Source: Candidatus Tenderia sp. (GTDB lineage Bacteria > Pseudomonadota > Gammaproteobacteria > Tenderiales > Tenderiaceae). Taken from it: 11,717 nt of DNA. Numbering within the stretch: the stretch's first letter is position 1; every line of letters starts with the position of its first letter. The notes under the pieces were generated by a model. The model saw only the letters and a list, made by a program, of their open reading frames with translations, did not search any database and was not told the DNA's origin. Positions 1 to 9,636 of the stretch are shown in pieces. The position numbers and the translations under genes are program-made. The stretch lies in contig JANOSY010000070.1 in the NCBI GenBank assembly GCA_031416075.1, forward strand, positions 1-11,717, written 5' to 3'.

Positions 1-114
1 AAGATTATGGAATTCATTGAGGTCCACAATACCGATCCAAAACCCTTTGTGTGGACAAAAACAACTGAAGCGATTTTAGAGAAAATCGGGCGTGCTAAGG
101 CTGCCTTGGTATGA
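1..114 (+). CDS. IS630-family transposase, C-terminal fragment (5' part outside window)
   Basis: Frame 1 reads KIMEFIEVHNTDPKPFVWTKTTEAILEKIGRAKAALV* (TGA 112-114). The HN..PKPFVWTK...IL.K tail is characteristic of IS630 transposases. Not in the ORF track. Confidence 0.85.
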   Translation, partial: KIMEFIEVHNTDPKPFVWTKTTEAILEKIGRAKAALV

Positions 115-140
115 GTATATTATTTGTTACGGTACACTAG
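1..140 (+). mobile_element. IS630-family insertion sequence, right end
   Basis: The transposase stop is followed by TATTTGTTACGGTACACTAG (121-140). Ending in ..ACAC-TA-G fits an IS630 terminal repeat plus TA/CTAG target. The left IR is outside the window, so the pairing is not verified. Confidence 0.7.
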
Positions 141-358
141 AATCACCTGAAAATCAAGCATGGCCTAGGTTTCAGCCTATGAAAGTCCGACTGTTTTCTA
201 TGCTGACGCTGAAAACAAATCAACGCTGATTGACAGCGTGCGGATAAAAACATCAATGAATTGCTAAACAACCCAACGGTACATTCCACCGCTTGCATCT
301 GAGTGGCATCGATAAGGATGCCTACGGGTGATTGGATTCACTATGAACCAAAAGGAGA

Positions 359-3300
359 GTGATCATCATTAGCACATTAAAATTTTGGACTCGCGCACGA
401 AACGGGATGGCTAACGAGTGGGACTCTGAGGTGTTACGTTCGGAGCTGCTTAGTATTGAGCAGCTGAAGCGCCACGCGGTAACGCTGGCCGGGCAGCATC
501 GCATCGATCCACATAAAGGGCCAGATCGGCTATTGCCACGTCTGGCAGATAATGAGCGTGTTCTGCTGGCGGCCCATGATCTGGTGACACTCTCCGTAAC
601 CGTGGGGCAACGGATAGTCTCGGCCGAAGCGTGGTTGCTGGATAATTTTTACATCATTGAACAGCAGACCGGTTTGGTGCGCCGCCATCTGCCACGCGGT
701 TACAGTCGGCAATTGCCGCGCTTGGCGGGGGGGCCGCTGGCCGGTTTTCCGCGCATCTATGAGCTGGCCCTGGAGTTGATCTCTCACATGGATGGTCGCG
801 TCGACAACGACAACGCCACCCACTTTATCGCCGCTTACCAGACGGTTGCGCCATTAAAACTAGGCGAGTTGTGGGCATTTCCGATCATGCTGCAATTGGC
901 GCTGTTGGAAAACTTGCGTCGCGTTGCTGTGCGCATCGCTCGTCGGCGCGAGGAGCGCGACGCGGCTATCCGCTGGGCCGAGCGTATGCTGGCGACCGCC
1001 GAAACAGCGCCTAAGCGGCTGGTTCAGTTGCTGGCTGAGTTTGCCAATGCCGATGTGCCGCTGACCGCATCTTTTGTCGAGGAGTTTTATACCCGACTTC
1101 AGGCGCAAGGGTCGGCATTGGCATTCATTCAAACCTGGGTCGAGCAAAAACTGTTGGCGCAGGGGGTGACGGCGGCGCAGTTGTCGGAGGTGGCTGCCCG
1201 AACCCTCGCGGCCAATCAGATCTCCATTGCCAACAGCATCGGCAGTCTGCGTTTCATTGGTGCGATGGATTGGCAAAGTTACGTCGAGTCGCTCAGTGTT
1301 GTTGAGCAGATATTAGGCGAAGACCCGGCAGACATGCATAAGTACCAGGATTTTGCGACCCGCGACCGTTACCGGCATGTCATCGAGGATGTGGCAAGGA
1401 GATGTGTGCATAGTGAGTCAGACGTGGCGCGCGAAGCCATTGTGTTGGCGCGGGCGGAAGCAATACGCTCAGGCATCGATGATCGCCGTGCCCATGTGGG
1501 TTACTACCTGATCAATCACGGAAGAGAGCAGTTGGAACAGGTGGTCGGCGCCCGTTTGTCATGGCGGGTGCGTGCCAAACGGCGCTGTCAGCACGCCCGT
1601 CTGTTCCTTTACCTTGGTCCCATTCTGTTGCTTACGCTGGTGTCGACATGGGCGGCGCTCTCTTATGCCGGGCTTGCACCGGGTGACTGGCGTTACTGGT
1701 TTTTTGCCTTCACCGGCCTCATCGGTGTTTCGGCGCTGGCCCTGCCTTTAGTAAATCTTTTGGTCACGCTCGTGTTACCACCACGCACCTTGCCGCGGCT
1801 GGATTTTCCCCAGGGTATTCCGCTGACTCACCGCACCATGGTGGTGGTTCCGACCATGCTAAGTAAGCCGCAAGATGTAGACGATTTGCTCGAAGCATTG
1901 GAGATCCGTTATCTCGGTAACCGTGATCCCAATCTGTTTTTTGCTTTGTTGACTGATTTTTATGATGCGTCTGAGCGCACGCTGCCGGGTAATGAGGCTC
2001 TGCTTGCTCATGCACGGACCGCGCTGCAAACACTTAACGAGACCTACCGTGGGGATCGTTCATGCATCTTCTATCTGTTTCATCGGTCGCGACTGTGGAA
2101 TCCCATTGAACAGGTGTGGATGGGCTATGAACGCAAACGCGGCAAACTGGAGCAGTTCAATGCCTTGTTGCGGGGCGAGGCGACCACGGCATTTTCGGAG
2201 ATCGTCGGTGATACCTCCATCCTTGCGTCAATCAAATACGTTATTACCCTGGATACCGACACGCAACTGCCGCGTGAAACGGCGCACAAACTCATTGGTA
2301 ATATCGCCCACCCGCTCAATCGACCGCTGTATGACGCCGACAAGGGCCGTATCGTCGAGGGTTACGCCATCCTGCAGCCGCGTACGTCCGCTAGCTTGAT
2401 CAGTGCCGGTCGTTCACGTTTTAGCAAACTGTACGCCGGGGATTCGGGCATAGATCCCTATACGCGTGAAGTGTCGGATGTCTATCAGGATATCTTTGGC
2501 GAGGGATCGTTCATCGGCAAGGGCATCTATGATGTGGATGCCTTTCGTCAGGTGCTTGATGGTCGCTTGCCGGAAAACCTTATCCTCAGTCACGACCTGC
2601 TGGAAGGCGGCTACGCCCGTTCGGCCCTGGTGAGTGACGTAGAACTGATTGAGGAGCAACCGGCCAGTTATGTCACGGAGGCGAGTCGACGCCATCGCTG
2701 GATACGAGGTGATTGGCAGCTGGCCGGTTGGTTGTTACCGAGCGTGCCCGGACCGGATTGTTTGCCGGAGAGTTTGAATGACTCCACCGAATCACAAGAT
2801 AAAACCAGCGCAATAACATCAACCTCACAACGGCAACCAAACCCGCTCAGCGGCTTGTCGCGTTGGAAAATTTTCGACAACCTTCGCCGTAGCCTGGTGT
2901 CGCCTATGTTGTTTGTTTTGCTGGTCGGTGGCTGGTTGTTGGCGCCGGAATCGGCTTGGTTTTGGATCTTATTGGTTTTGGGGATTATGTTCCTGCCGGT
3001 TTTGCTGTCCAGCCTCATCGAGCTGACCCTGAAGCCGAAAGAGCGTGATTGGCAGGTACATCTGGTTTTGACCGGGAAATCTGCGAGTCGGCCGATAACG
3101 CTCGCCTTGCTGGGGTTGGTGTTTTTACCCTACGAGGCGTTGATTTGTTTGAGTGCAATGCTGCACTCAGGTGTGCGCATGCTGTTCACGCGCCGCAGGT
3201 TATTGCTCTGGCAACTGCGATCTTATGCAAACCGGAATGGGCGGAGTAGCTTGGCCGATTTTTTCAAGGAGATGTGGGTCGGACCGAGCGTGGCGTTGGT

Positions 3301-6300
3301 GTTGGGTGCTTCAGTGAGCGGTGAGACCTTGCTCTTCTGTGCACCGGTGTTGTTGCTCTGGCTGGTGTCGCCAGTGGTTGGTTGGTGGATCAGTACACCA
3401 ATAAGTCCGCCGCTACCGGCATTGAGTCTTGAACAACGAGCCTTCCTGCGCATCTCGGCCCGGCGCACCTGGCGCTTCTTCGCCGATTTTGTCGGTCCGC
3501 AGGAGAACTGGCTGCCACCCGATAACTTCCAGGAGTATCCCGCGACGGCCATCGCCTCACGCACCTCGCCCACCAACATCGGCATGGCCCTGTTGGCGGA
3601 TCTGGCAGCCTACGATTTTGGCTATATCGGCTGTGGTGAATTGTTGCAACGCGTCGAGAATACCCTGACCACCATGGAGAAGCTGGAGCGCTACCACGGT
3701 CATCTATTCAACTGGTACGACACACGCTCTCTGGCCCCTCTACAACCACAGTATGTCTCATCGGTGGATAGCGGTAATCTGGTCGGCAGCCTGCTCACCC
3801 TGCAAGCGGGACTGGCCGAGTTGAAACAACGACCGGTGTTGTCGGTCAATGCATTTCAGGGGTTGGCAGACACCCTGCAGGTGCTCGTTGAGCATGTGCC
3901 CACATCACCTGCCCCTGACCTTGCCAGGAAGGTCAGGTCTTTGCAGGAGAGACTTCAGGCAATGATCGCGACCGACCCGCCACAGACGCTGGCAGCGGCT
4001 AATCAGTTGTTGAATGAGCTTCACGATAGTGGTGGCGGGTTAGTGGCATGGTTACCGGCGGATACCTATATCGATGGTGAACTCTATTACTGGGCACAGG
4101 CCTTTGAGCAGCAATCCCGCACGCTTCAGGAAGAGCTTCTAAGCCTGGTTGCTGAACCACGGCACTTCAGCCATATACCAACACTGGTGGAACTGGCCGA
4201 AGAGCGCGCCGTATCGTCAACGGCGGCAGAGCGCTTGCGAGTGATCGATACGTTGGTGGATCGATGCCATCAGCTGGCGGAGATGGATTTTGATTTTCTC
4301 TACGACCGGTCGCGTGATCTACTGAGCATCGGTTACGACATGGGTGAACGGCGTCGCGATCCCTCCTGTTATGACCTGCTGGCCTCCGAGGCGCGTCTGG
4401 CCAGTTTTCTGCTTATCGCTCAGGGCAAGCTACCGCAGAAGCATTGGTTTTCACTCGGCCGTCTGTTGACTAGCCATGGTGGCGACGTGAGCCTGATTTC
4501 GTGGAGTGGCTCGATGTTTGAGTACCTGATGCCGAGCCTGATCATGCCCAGTTACGACAACACCCTACTGCAGCAGACCTGTAAGGCGGCGGTGTCGCGC
4601 CAGATCGAATATGGCAGACAGCGCGCCGTGCCCTGGGGGATTTCTGAATCCTGTTATCACGCCACCGATATGCAGCGGGTCTATCAATACCGGGCATTTG
4701 GTGTACCTGGTTTGGGTTTTAAACGCGGCCTGGGTGATGACCTGGTGATCGCCCCCTATGCTAGCGCACTGGCATTGACGGTGATGCCGCAGGAAGCGTG
4801 CAGCAACATGCAACGACTCGCGACCGAGGGGTTTGTGGGCGACTATGGATTCTATGAAGCGGTGGATTACACCCCCTCACGTGTGCCGCGAGGTAAAAAT
4901 TACGCCATTGTGCGCAGCTTCATGGCACATCATCAGGGCATGAGCCTGCTGGCCTTTACGCATGTGTTGCACGCTCAACCGATGCAACGCCGGTTTATGG
5001 CTAATCCCCTGGTGCGGGCGACGGAATTGTTGCTACAGGAGCGTATCCCGAAGAAGGGCGCGACGCTGCACCCACATGCGGCCGAGGTGAGTGCTGCGGC
5101 ACGTCCCCCGGCCGTGGAAGAGGGAGGGGTTATGAGCGTGTTTACCGATCCCGCTATGCGTATCCCCGAAGTGCACCTGTTGTCCAACGGCCGCTACCAC
5201 GTCATGGCGACCCATGCCGGTGGTGGCTACAGTCGGCGGGGTGATTTGGCAGTCACCCGTTGGCGTGAAGATGTCACTTGCGATAGTTTTGGTACCTTCA
5301 TCTATCTGCGTGATCGTGATACGGGCCGTTATTGGTCCAGCGCCTATCAACCGACGCTGCGCAAGGCCGAACATTACGAGGCAATCTTTGTGCAGGGGCG
5401 GGCGGAGTACCGGCGTCGCGACGAGGCAATAGAGGCGCATACCGAGATCAGCGTGTCGCCCGAAGACGATGTGGAGATTCGTCGCGTTACGCTCACCAAT
5501 CAGTCCTCACACAGCCGAAACATTGAGGTGACCACGTACGCCGAGGTGGTGCTGGCGCCGTTGAGTGCCGACCTGGCCCATCGTGCGTTTAGTAACCTGT
5601 TTGTGCAGACAGAGATCCTGCCCGAGCAGCAGGCGATTCTCTGCACCCGTCGACCACGTACTCCGGGCGAACAGGTGCCGTGGATGTTTCATCTGTTCGC
5701 CGCCCCTGGCGTGAACAGCAGCGAACCCTCCTACGAAACCGATCGCGCCAGGTTCATCGGTCGCGGTCGTACGGCGGCCAACCCGTTGGCGCTGGATGGC
5801 GGGGATGGCTTGTCGAACAGCGCCGGACCGGTGCTCGATCCTATCGTCGCGATTCGCCGCACACTCAGCTTGTCAGCCGATGAAACGGCCACCGTGCAGA
5901 TCATCTCCGGTGTTGCCGATAGCCGCGAGGCCGCCTTGGCGGTACTCGAAAAATATTGTGACCGCCACTTCGTTGAGCGCGCCTTTGAAATGGCCTGGTT
6001 CCAGAGTCAGGAGGTGTTGCACCACCTCAACGTTGGCGAAGCGGATGCGCAGGTCTATGGCCGTCTCGCCACCTCGGTGATTCACGGTAACGCCCTGCGT
6101 CGTGCCGCGCCCGGCATCATCGCCCGCAATCAGTTGGGGCAGTCCGGGCTGTGGCGTTTTGGTGTTTCAGGTGATCTGCCCATTATCTTTATCAGCATCG
6201 GCGATCTGAAGCGCATCGAGCTGGTAAAGCAGGTGCTGCAAGCGCATGCCTATTGGCGCATGAAGGGGGTGGCGTCGGATCTGGTGATCGTGAACGAGGA

Positions 6301-9001
6301 TTTTTCCGGTTACCGGGCTGTATTGCAAGACCAAATTATGGGGTTGATCAATGGCGGCCCCGAAGCGCATTTTATCGACAAGCCGGGCGGGGTCTTTGTA
6401 CGCCGTGCCGAAGAGCTTTCCGAGGATGAGCGTGTGCTGTTCCAGAGCGTGGCTCGCATCGCGTTCCGTGATAACGCCGAGACATTGATCGAGCAGGTGG
6501 AGCGTCGTGTCTCGTCCCGGCGGCCATCGGACCTGTTGGAGCCGGTGCGAAAACCCTCAGCAGAACCGATCCAGCCACTGTTGGCGCGTGAACGCATTTT
6601 CTGTAATGGACTGGGCGGCTTTACCCCCGATGGGCGTGAATATGTGATTACGCTAGAGCCGGGACAGACCACACCGGCACCGTGGGCCAATGTCATCGCC
6701 AGCCCGCATATCGGCACCGTTGTCAGTGAGAGCGGCAGTGCCTATACCTGGGTGGAAAATGCCCACGAGTTCCGACTGACCACCTGGCACAATGACCCAC
6801 TGAGTGACAGCAGCGGCGAGGCGCTTTATATCCGTGACGAGGAGAGTGGTGAGTTCTGGTCGCCGACACCCTTACCTGCGCGCGGCAAATCCGGCTATAC
6901 CTGTCGACACGGTTTTGGCTACAGCGTCTTTGAGCACTATCAGTCTGGTATAGCTTCGGAGCTGTTCATCTACGTCGCCATGGATGCCCCGGTGAAGTTC
7001 GCCGTGGTCAAGCTGCGCAACCATTCGAGACGTGCGCGGCACTTATCATTGACCGGCTACTGGGAGTTGGTGCTCGGTGAGTGGCGCCACGCCAATCTGA
7101 TGCACATCATGACCGAAACGGACACACACAGCGGGGCGCTGTTTGCCCGCAATAGCTACGGCCGTGAATGTGCGAATCGGGTTGTGTTTGCCCAGGTAAG
7201 CGATGCCCATATCAGCCTGACGGGGCGCACACTGAGTGGTAACCGCACCGAGTTCATTGGTCGTAACGGTTCACTGGCCAAGCCAGCGGCAATGCGCCGC
7301 AAACGCTTGTCGGGCAAGACCGGCGCGGGACTTGACCCTTGCGCCGCGATACAGACTCAGATTGAGCTGGCCGAAGGTGAAGAGTGCGAGGTGGTGTTTG
7401 TGTTTGGCGCAGCCGGCAGTAGTGACGAAGCGCGTCATCTCATCCAGCGGTTCGGTGGGCCAGCCGGTGCGCGCCAGGCGCTGGAGGCGGTGTGGGAATA
7501 CTGGAACCACACCTTGGGTGCAATCAATGTGGAGACGCCTGATCCTGCATTGGACATCATGACCAACGGTTGGCTGGTCTATCAGACACTCTCCTGCCGC
7601 TATTGGGCCCGCAGTGGCTACTATCAGTCCGGCGGTGCCTATGGTTTTCGCGATCAGTTGCAAGATACCATGGCGCTGATCCATGCGACCCCATGGCTGG
7701 CACGCGAGCAGTTAGTCCGTTGCGCCGGGCATCAGTTTCACGAGGGGGACGTGCAACACTGGTGGCATCCACCACACGGCCAGGGCGTACGCACCCATTT
7801 CTCTGACGACTATCTATGGCTGCCCTATGCAACCTGTCGTTATGTGCTGACAACTGGCGACACGGGTGTGCTTGATGAGCAGATCAATTTCCTCGAAGGG
7901 CGCGAATTGAACGCCGAAGAGGAGGCTTACTACGACCAACCGCAACGCTCCAATGACACGGCAAGTCTCTATGAACATTGCGTACTTGCCATCAAACATG
8001 GACTGCGTTTTGGTGAACATCAGCTGCCGTTAATTGGTTGCGGTGACTGGAACGACGGCATGAATCTCATCGGCCGGGAGGGCAAGGGTGAGAGCGTTTG
8101 GCTGGCGTGGTTCCTCTACGAAAATCTACAACAGTTCGCCGACCTGGCACTTAGCCGCGACGATGAAACCTTTGCCGATGTGTGCACCGAACAGGCCGCA
8201 CAGCTACGCAAAAACATCGAGGCCAACGCCTGGGATGGCGACTGGTATCGGCGCGCCTATTTCGATGACGGCACCCCCTTGGGCTCGGCGCAAAATGACG
8301 AATGCCAAATCGATTCGATCAGCCAGAGTTGGGCGGTGATCTCCGGCGGCGGCGATAGCAAGCGCGCCCAGCAGGCGATGGCAGCGGTAGACAAACGTCT
8401 GGTACGACGCGACGCCCAGCTGATTCAACTGCTCGATCCACCTTTTGATAAGTCGCCACTCGAGCCTGGCTATATCAAAGGCTACATCCCAGGCGTACGT
8501 GAAAACGGCGGCCAATATACCCACGCCGCCATCTGGACCACCATGGCGTTTGCCATGATGGGCGAGCGCGAGCGCAGCTGGGAGCTGTTCGCCATGCTTA
8601 ATCCCATTAATCACGGCAGCACGGCTGAGCAGATAGAACACTACAAGGTCGAACCCTACGTCATGTGCGCGGATATCTATGCTGCAGCGCCGCATACCCG
8701 CCGCGGCGGCTGGAGCTGGTACACCGGAGCAGCGGGATGGATGTACCGACTAACCGTGGAAACGCTATTGGGCCTACAGCTCGAAGTAGACCAGCTACGC
8801 ATCACGCCGTGTATCCCAGAGGATTGGTCGTCGTACAAAATCCACTACCGCTATCGCGAGACCGTCCACCACATCACCGTAAAACGCGCAGCTGAAGGGG
8901 CCGGGCGTGTGACGCTCGATGGCGTGGTGCAGAAAGCGCTTAATGTGATTCCGCTGGTTGATGATCGCCGTGAGCATTACGTGGAGGTGGAATTGCCTTA
9001 A
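359..9001 (+). CDS. ndvB: Cyclic beta-1,2-glucan synthase (Cgs/NdvB/ChvB family): GT84 glycosyltransferase, cyclase (glucoamylase-like/GH189) and C-terminal GH94 phosphorylase
   Basis: Uninterrupted 2880-aa ORF. GT motifs: WMGYERKRGKL, YVITLDTDTQLP, EGSFIGKGIYDVDAF, LSHDLLEG, RRHRWIRGDWQ, flanked by hydrophobic TM segments. Middle domain: PPDNFQE, RTSPTNIG, YVSSVDSGNL, YDLLASEARL, SWSGSMFEYLMP, PWGISES, FMAHHQGM. Two GH94 beta-sandwich modules (HLLSNGRY; PAPWANVIA), then catalytic motifs YYQSGGAYGFRDQLQD, GDWNDGMN, GESVWL, RENGGQYTHAA. The start is uncertain (GTG 359 vs ATG 407). Confidence 0.95.
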   Translation: MIIISTLKFWTRARNGMANEWDSEVLRSELLSIEQLKRHAVTLAGQHRIDPHKGPDRLLPRLADNERVLLAAHDLVTLSVTVGQRIVSAEAWLLDNFYIIEQQTGLVRRHLPRGYSRQLPRLAGGPLAGFPRIYELALELISHMDGRVDNDNATHFIAAYQTVAPLKLGELWAFPIMLQLALLENLRRVAVRIARRREERDAAIRWAERMLATAETAPKRLVQLLAEFANADVPLTASFVEEFYTRLQAQGSALAFIQTWVEQKLLAQGVTAAQLSEVAARTLAANQISIANSIGSLRFIGAMDWQSYVESLSVVEQILGEDPADMHKYQDFATRDRYRHVIEDVARRCVHSESDVAREAIVLARAEAIRSGIDDRRAHVGYYLINHGREQLEQVVGARLSWRVRAKRRCQHARLFLYLGPILLLTLVSTWAALSYAGLAPGDWRYWFFAFTGLIGVSALALPLVNLLVTLVLPPRTLPRLDFPQGIPLTHRTMVVVPTMLSKPQDVDDLLEALEIRYLGNRDPNLFFALLTDFYDASERTLPGNEALLAHARTALQTLNETYRGDRSCIFYLFHRSRLWNPIEQVWMGYERKRGKLEQFNALLRGEATTAFSEIVGDTSILASIKYVITLDTDTQLPRETAHKLIGNIAHPLNRPLYDADKGRIVEGYAILQPRTSASLISAGRSRFSKLYAGDSGIDPYTREVSDVYQDIFGEGSFIGKGIYDVDAFRQVLDGRLPENLILSHDLLEGGYARSALVSDVELIEEQPASYVTEASRRHRWIRGDWQLAGWLLPSVPGPDCLPESLNDSTESQDKTSAITSTSQRQPNPLSGLSRWKIFDNLRRSLVSPMLFVLLVGGWLLAPESAWFWILLVLGIMFLPVLLSSLIELTLKPKERDWQVHLVLTGKSASRPITLALLGLVFLPYEALICLSAMLHSGVRMLFTRRRLLLWQLRSYANRNGRSSLADFFKEMWVGPSVALVLGASVSGETLLFCAPVLLLWLVSPVVGWWISTPISPPLPALSLEQRAFLRISARRTWRFFADFVGPQENWLPPDNFQEYPATAIASRTSPTNIGMALLADLAAYDFGYIGCGELLQRVENTLTTMEKLERYHGHLFNWYDTRSLAPLQPQYVSSVDSGNLVGSLLTLQAGLAELKQRPVLSVNAFQGLADTLQVLVEHVPTSPAPDLARKVRSLQERLQAMIATDPPQTLAAANQLLNELHDSGGGLVAWLPADTYIDGELYYWAQAFEQQSRTLQEELLSLVAEPRHFSHIPTLVELAEERAVSSTAAERLRVIDTLVDRCHQLAEMDFDFLYDRSRDLLSIGYDMGERRRDPSCYDLLASEARLASFLLIAQGKLPQKHWFSLGRLLTSHGGDVSLISWSGSMFEYLMPSLIMPSYDNTLLQQTCKAAVSRQIEYGRQRAVPWGISESCYHATDMQRVYQYRAFGVPGLGFKRGLGDDLVIAPYASALALTVMPQEACSNMQRLATEGFVGDYGFYEAVDYTPSRVPRGKNYAIVRSFMAHHQGMSLLAFTHVLHAQPMQRRFMANPLVRATELLLQERIPKKGATLHPHAAEVSAAARPPAVEEGGVMSVFTDPAMRIPEVHLLSNGRYHVMATHAGGGYSRRGDLAVTRWREDVTCDSFGTFIYLRDRDTGRYWSSAYQPTLRKAEHYEAIFVQGRAEYRRRDEAIEAHTEISVSPEDDVEIRRVTLTNQSSHSRNIEVTTYAEVVLAPLSADLAHRAFSNLFVQTEILPEQQAILCTRRPRTPGEQVPWMFHLFAAPGVNSSEPSYETDRARFIGRGRTAANPLALDGGDGLSNSAGPVLDPIVAIRRTLSLSADETATVQIISGVADSREAALAVLEKYCDRHFVERAFEMAWFQSQEVLHHLNVGEADAQVYGRLATSVIHGNALRRAAPGIIARNQLGQSGLWRFGVSGDLPIIFISIGDLKRIELVKQVLQAHAYWRMKGVASDLVIVNEDFSGYRAVLQDQIMGLINGGPEAHFIDKPGGVFVRRAEELSEDERVLFQSVARIAFRDNAETLIEQVERRVSSRRPSDLLEPVRKPSAEPIQPLLARERIFCNGLGGFTPDGREYVITLEPGQTTPAPWANVIASPHIGTVVSESGSAYTWVENAHEFRLTTWHNDPLSDSSGEALYIRDEESGEFWSPTPLPARGKSGYTCRHGFGYSVFEHYQSGIASELFIYVAMDAPVKFAVVKLRNHSRRARHLSLTGYWELVLGEWRHANLMHIMTETDTHSGALFARNSYGRECANRVVFAQVSDAHISLTGRTLSGNRTEFIGRNGSLAKPAAMRRKRLSGKTGAGLDPCAAIQTQIELAEGEECEVVFVFGAAGSSDEARHLIQRFGGPAGARQALEAVWEYWNHTLGAINVETPDPALDIMTNGWLVYQTLSCRYWARSGYYQSGGAYGFRDQLQDTMALIHATPWLAREQLVRCAGHQFHEGDVQHWWHPPHGQGVRTHFSDDYLWLPYATCRYVLTTGDTGVLDEQINFLEGRELNAEEEAYYDQPQRSNDTASLYEHCVLAIKHGLRFGEHQLPLIGCGDWNDGMNLIGREGKGESVWLAWFLYENLQQFADLALSRDDETFADVCTEQAAQLRKNIEANAWDGDWYRRAYFDDGTPLGSAQNDECQIDSISQSWAVISGGGDSKRAQQAMAAVDKRLVRRDAQLIQLLDPPFDKSPLEPGYIKGYIPGVRENGGQYTHAAIWTTMAFAMMGERERSWELFAMLNPINHGSTAEQIEHYKVEPYVMCADIYAAAPHTRRGGWSWYTGAAGWMYRLTVETLLGLQLEVDQLRITPCIPEDWSSYKIHYRYRETVHHITVKRAAEGAGRVTLDGVVQKALNVIPLVDDRREHYVEVELP

Positions 9002-9109
9002 GGAAGTCGCGGATTCAAGTCTGAAGTGCAACTTTGATTAACGGCGACTAAGGGAGGTGAGATGCGGTAGCATCCCTGCCCCTTTAATCGCCAAATTGAA
9101 GTTGCAGAG

Positions 9110-9338
9110 ATGAACTACACGCACATCACCGAAGAGGAAAGATACCAGAGAGCCTGCCCCGCGAAGCGCTTTGGGCATTTATGAGCTTCGCCACTAGGGC
9201 TTTAAGCTGGAAGCGATAAGCATGGTACTTGAGCGAGACAAGTCCACTATCAGCCGGGAGCTAAAGCGCAACAAAAGCGCGCGTGGCTATCGCCCCAGGC
9301 AAGCCCAGGAGAAGTCCGAGGCGCGAGCGCGTAATTAA
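9110..9338 (+). pseudogene. IS30-family transposase pseudogene (N-terminal HTH only)
   Basis: With 9149-9176 removed it reads MNYTHITEEERYQ-IYELRH*GFKLEAISMVLERDKSTISRELKRNKSARGYRPRQAQEKSEARARN*. The STISRELKRN..GYRP..AQ motif is typical of IS30. Lesions: a 28-bp frameshifting insert, an in-frame TAG at 9195-9197 and truncation at about 9338. Confidence 0.88.
9149..9176. repeat. 28-bp REP-like imperfect palindrome inserted in the IS30 transposase
   Basis: AGAGCCT-GCCC-C-GCG-AAG-CGC-TTT-GGGC. Exact removal restores the expected ..ERYQIY.. reading frame. Confidence 0.6.
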
Positions 9339-9596
9339 GTGAGGTAAACCCCCGGCTCTGCCGGGGGACTCACAAAGGTTTGACCTATGCGGCGGTCGTG
9401 ATTTTTTAGCACGCCGATGTAATGAAGTTTTGAGTCACCTTTCAAGGGAGGTTTCTCATAATAAACACAAACTATTTGGGGGAGCGGTGCTCTTCTTTTT
9501 CATTCTGACGGTAGCTGAAAGCATGAAGACATCTCAGCTCTTGAGCGCCTTTGAGGCGCTGGATCAAGCCCCCGGCTCTGCCGGGTGTATTTGACT
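9339..9596. mobile_element. Non-autonomous IS200/IS605-type hairpin element (PATE/MITE-like, no tnpA)
   Basis: The hairpin CCCCCGGC-TCT-GCCGGG(G/T)G occurs twice as a direct repeat (9349-9367, 9569-9587), each followed by TTTGAC (9379-9384, 9590-9595). A further hairpin AGCGCCT-TTG-AGGCGCT lies at 9544-9560. This resembles IS200-type ends, but the interior is too short for a transposase. Boundaries are approximate. Confidence 0.72.
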
Positions 9597-9636
9597 CTAT
9601 GGGCACGTAAACGCCCAGCTGGCTTTATTATTTTTA

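Larger units (their letters stand above)
9008..9338 (+). mobile_element. IS30-family element, truncated left part
   Basis: CGCGGATTCAAGTCTGAAGTGCAAC (9008-9032) resembles, from recall, the left IR of IS1086-like IS30 elements. It is followed by an imperfect hairpin (about 9043-9092) and a transposase N-terminus at 9110. No right end is visible. Confidence 0.75.

Noticed and set aside
141-358. cgs promoter candidates (TTGACA 230-235, TTGCTA 261-266) and small palindromes (223-239, 306-321)
   Set aside because: No properly spaced -10 box, and the 5-6 bp stems could arise by chance.
322-9031. Many short ORF-track ORFs overlapping cgs on both strands
   Set aside because: Shadow frames of a GC-rich gene, with no recognisable motifs.
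9349-9587. Repeated palindromes as a CRISPR array or rho-independent terminators
   Set aside because: Only two copies 220 bp apart, no U-tracts and no cas genes. IS200-type ends explain them better.
9430-9594. 54-codon TTG ORF with hydrophobic stretch LFGGAVLFFFILTVA inside the hairpin element (possible small toxin)
   Set aside because: No RBS before the TTG, it runs through both terminal hairpins, and it resembles nothing I recognise.
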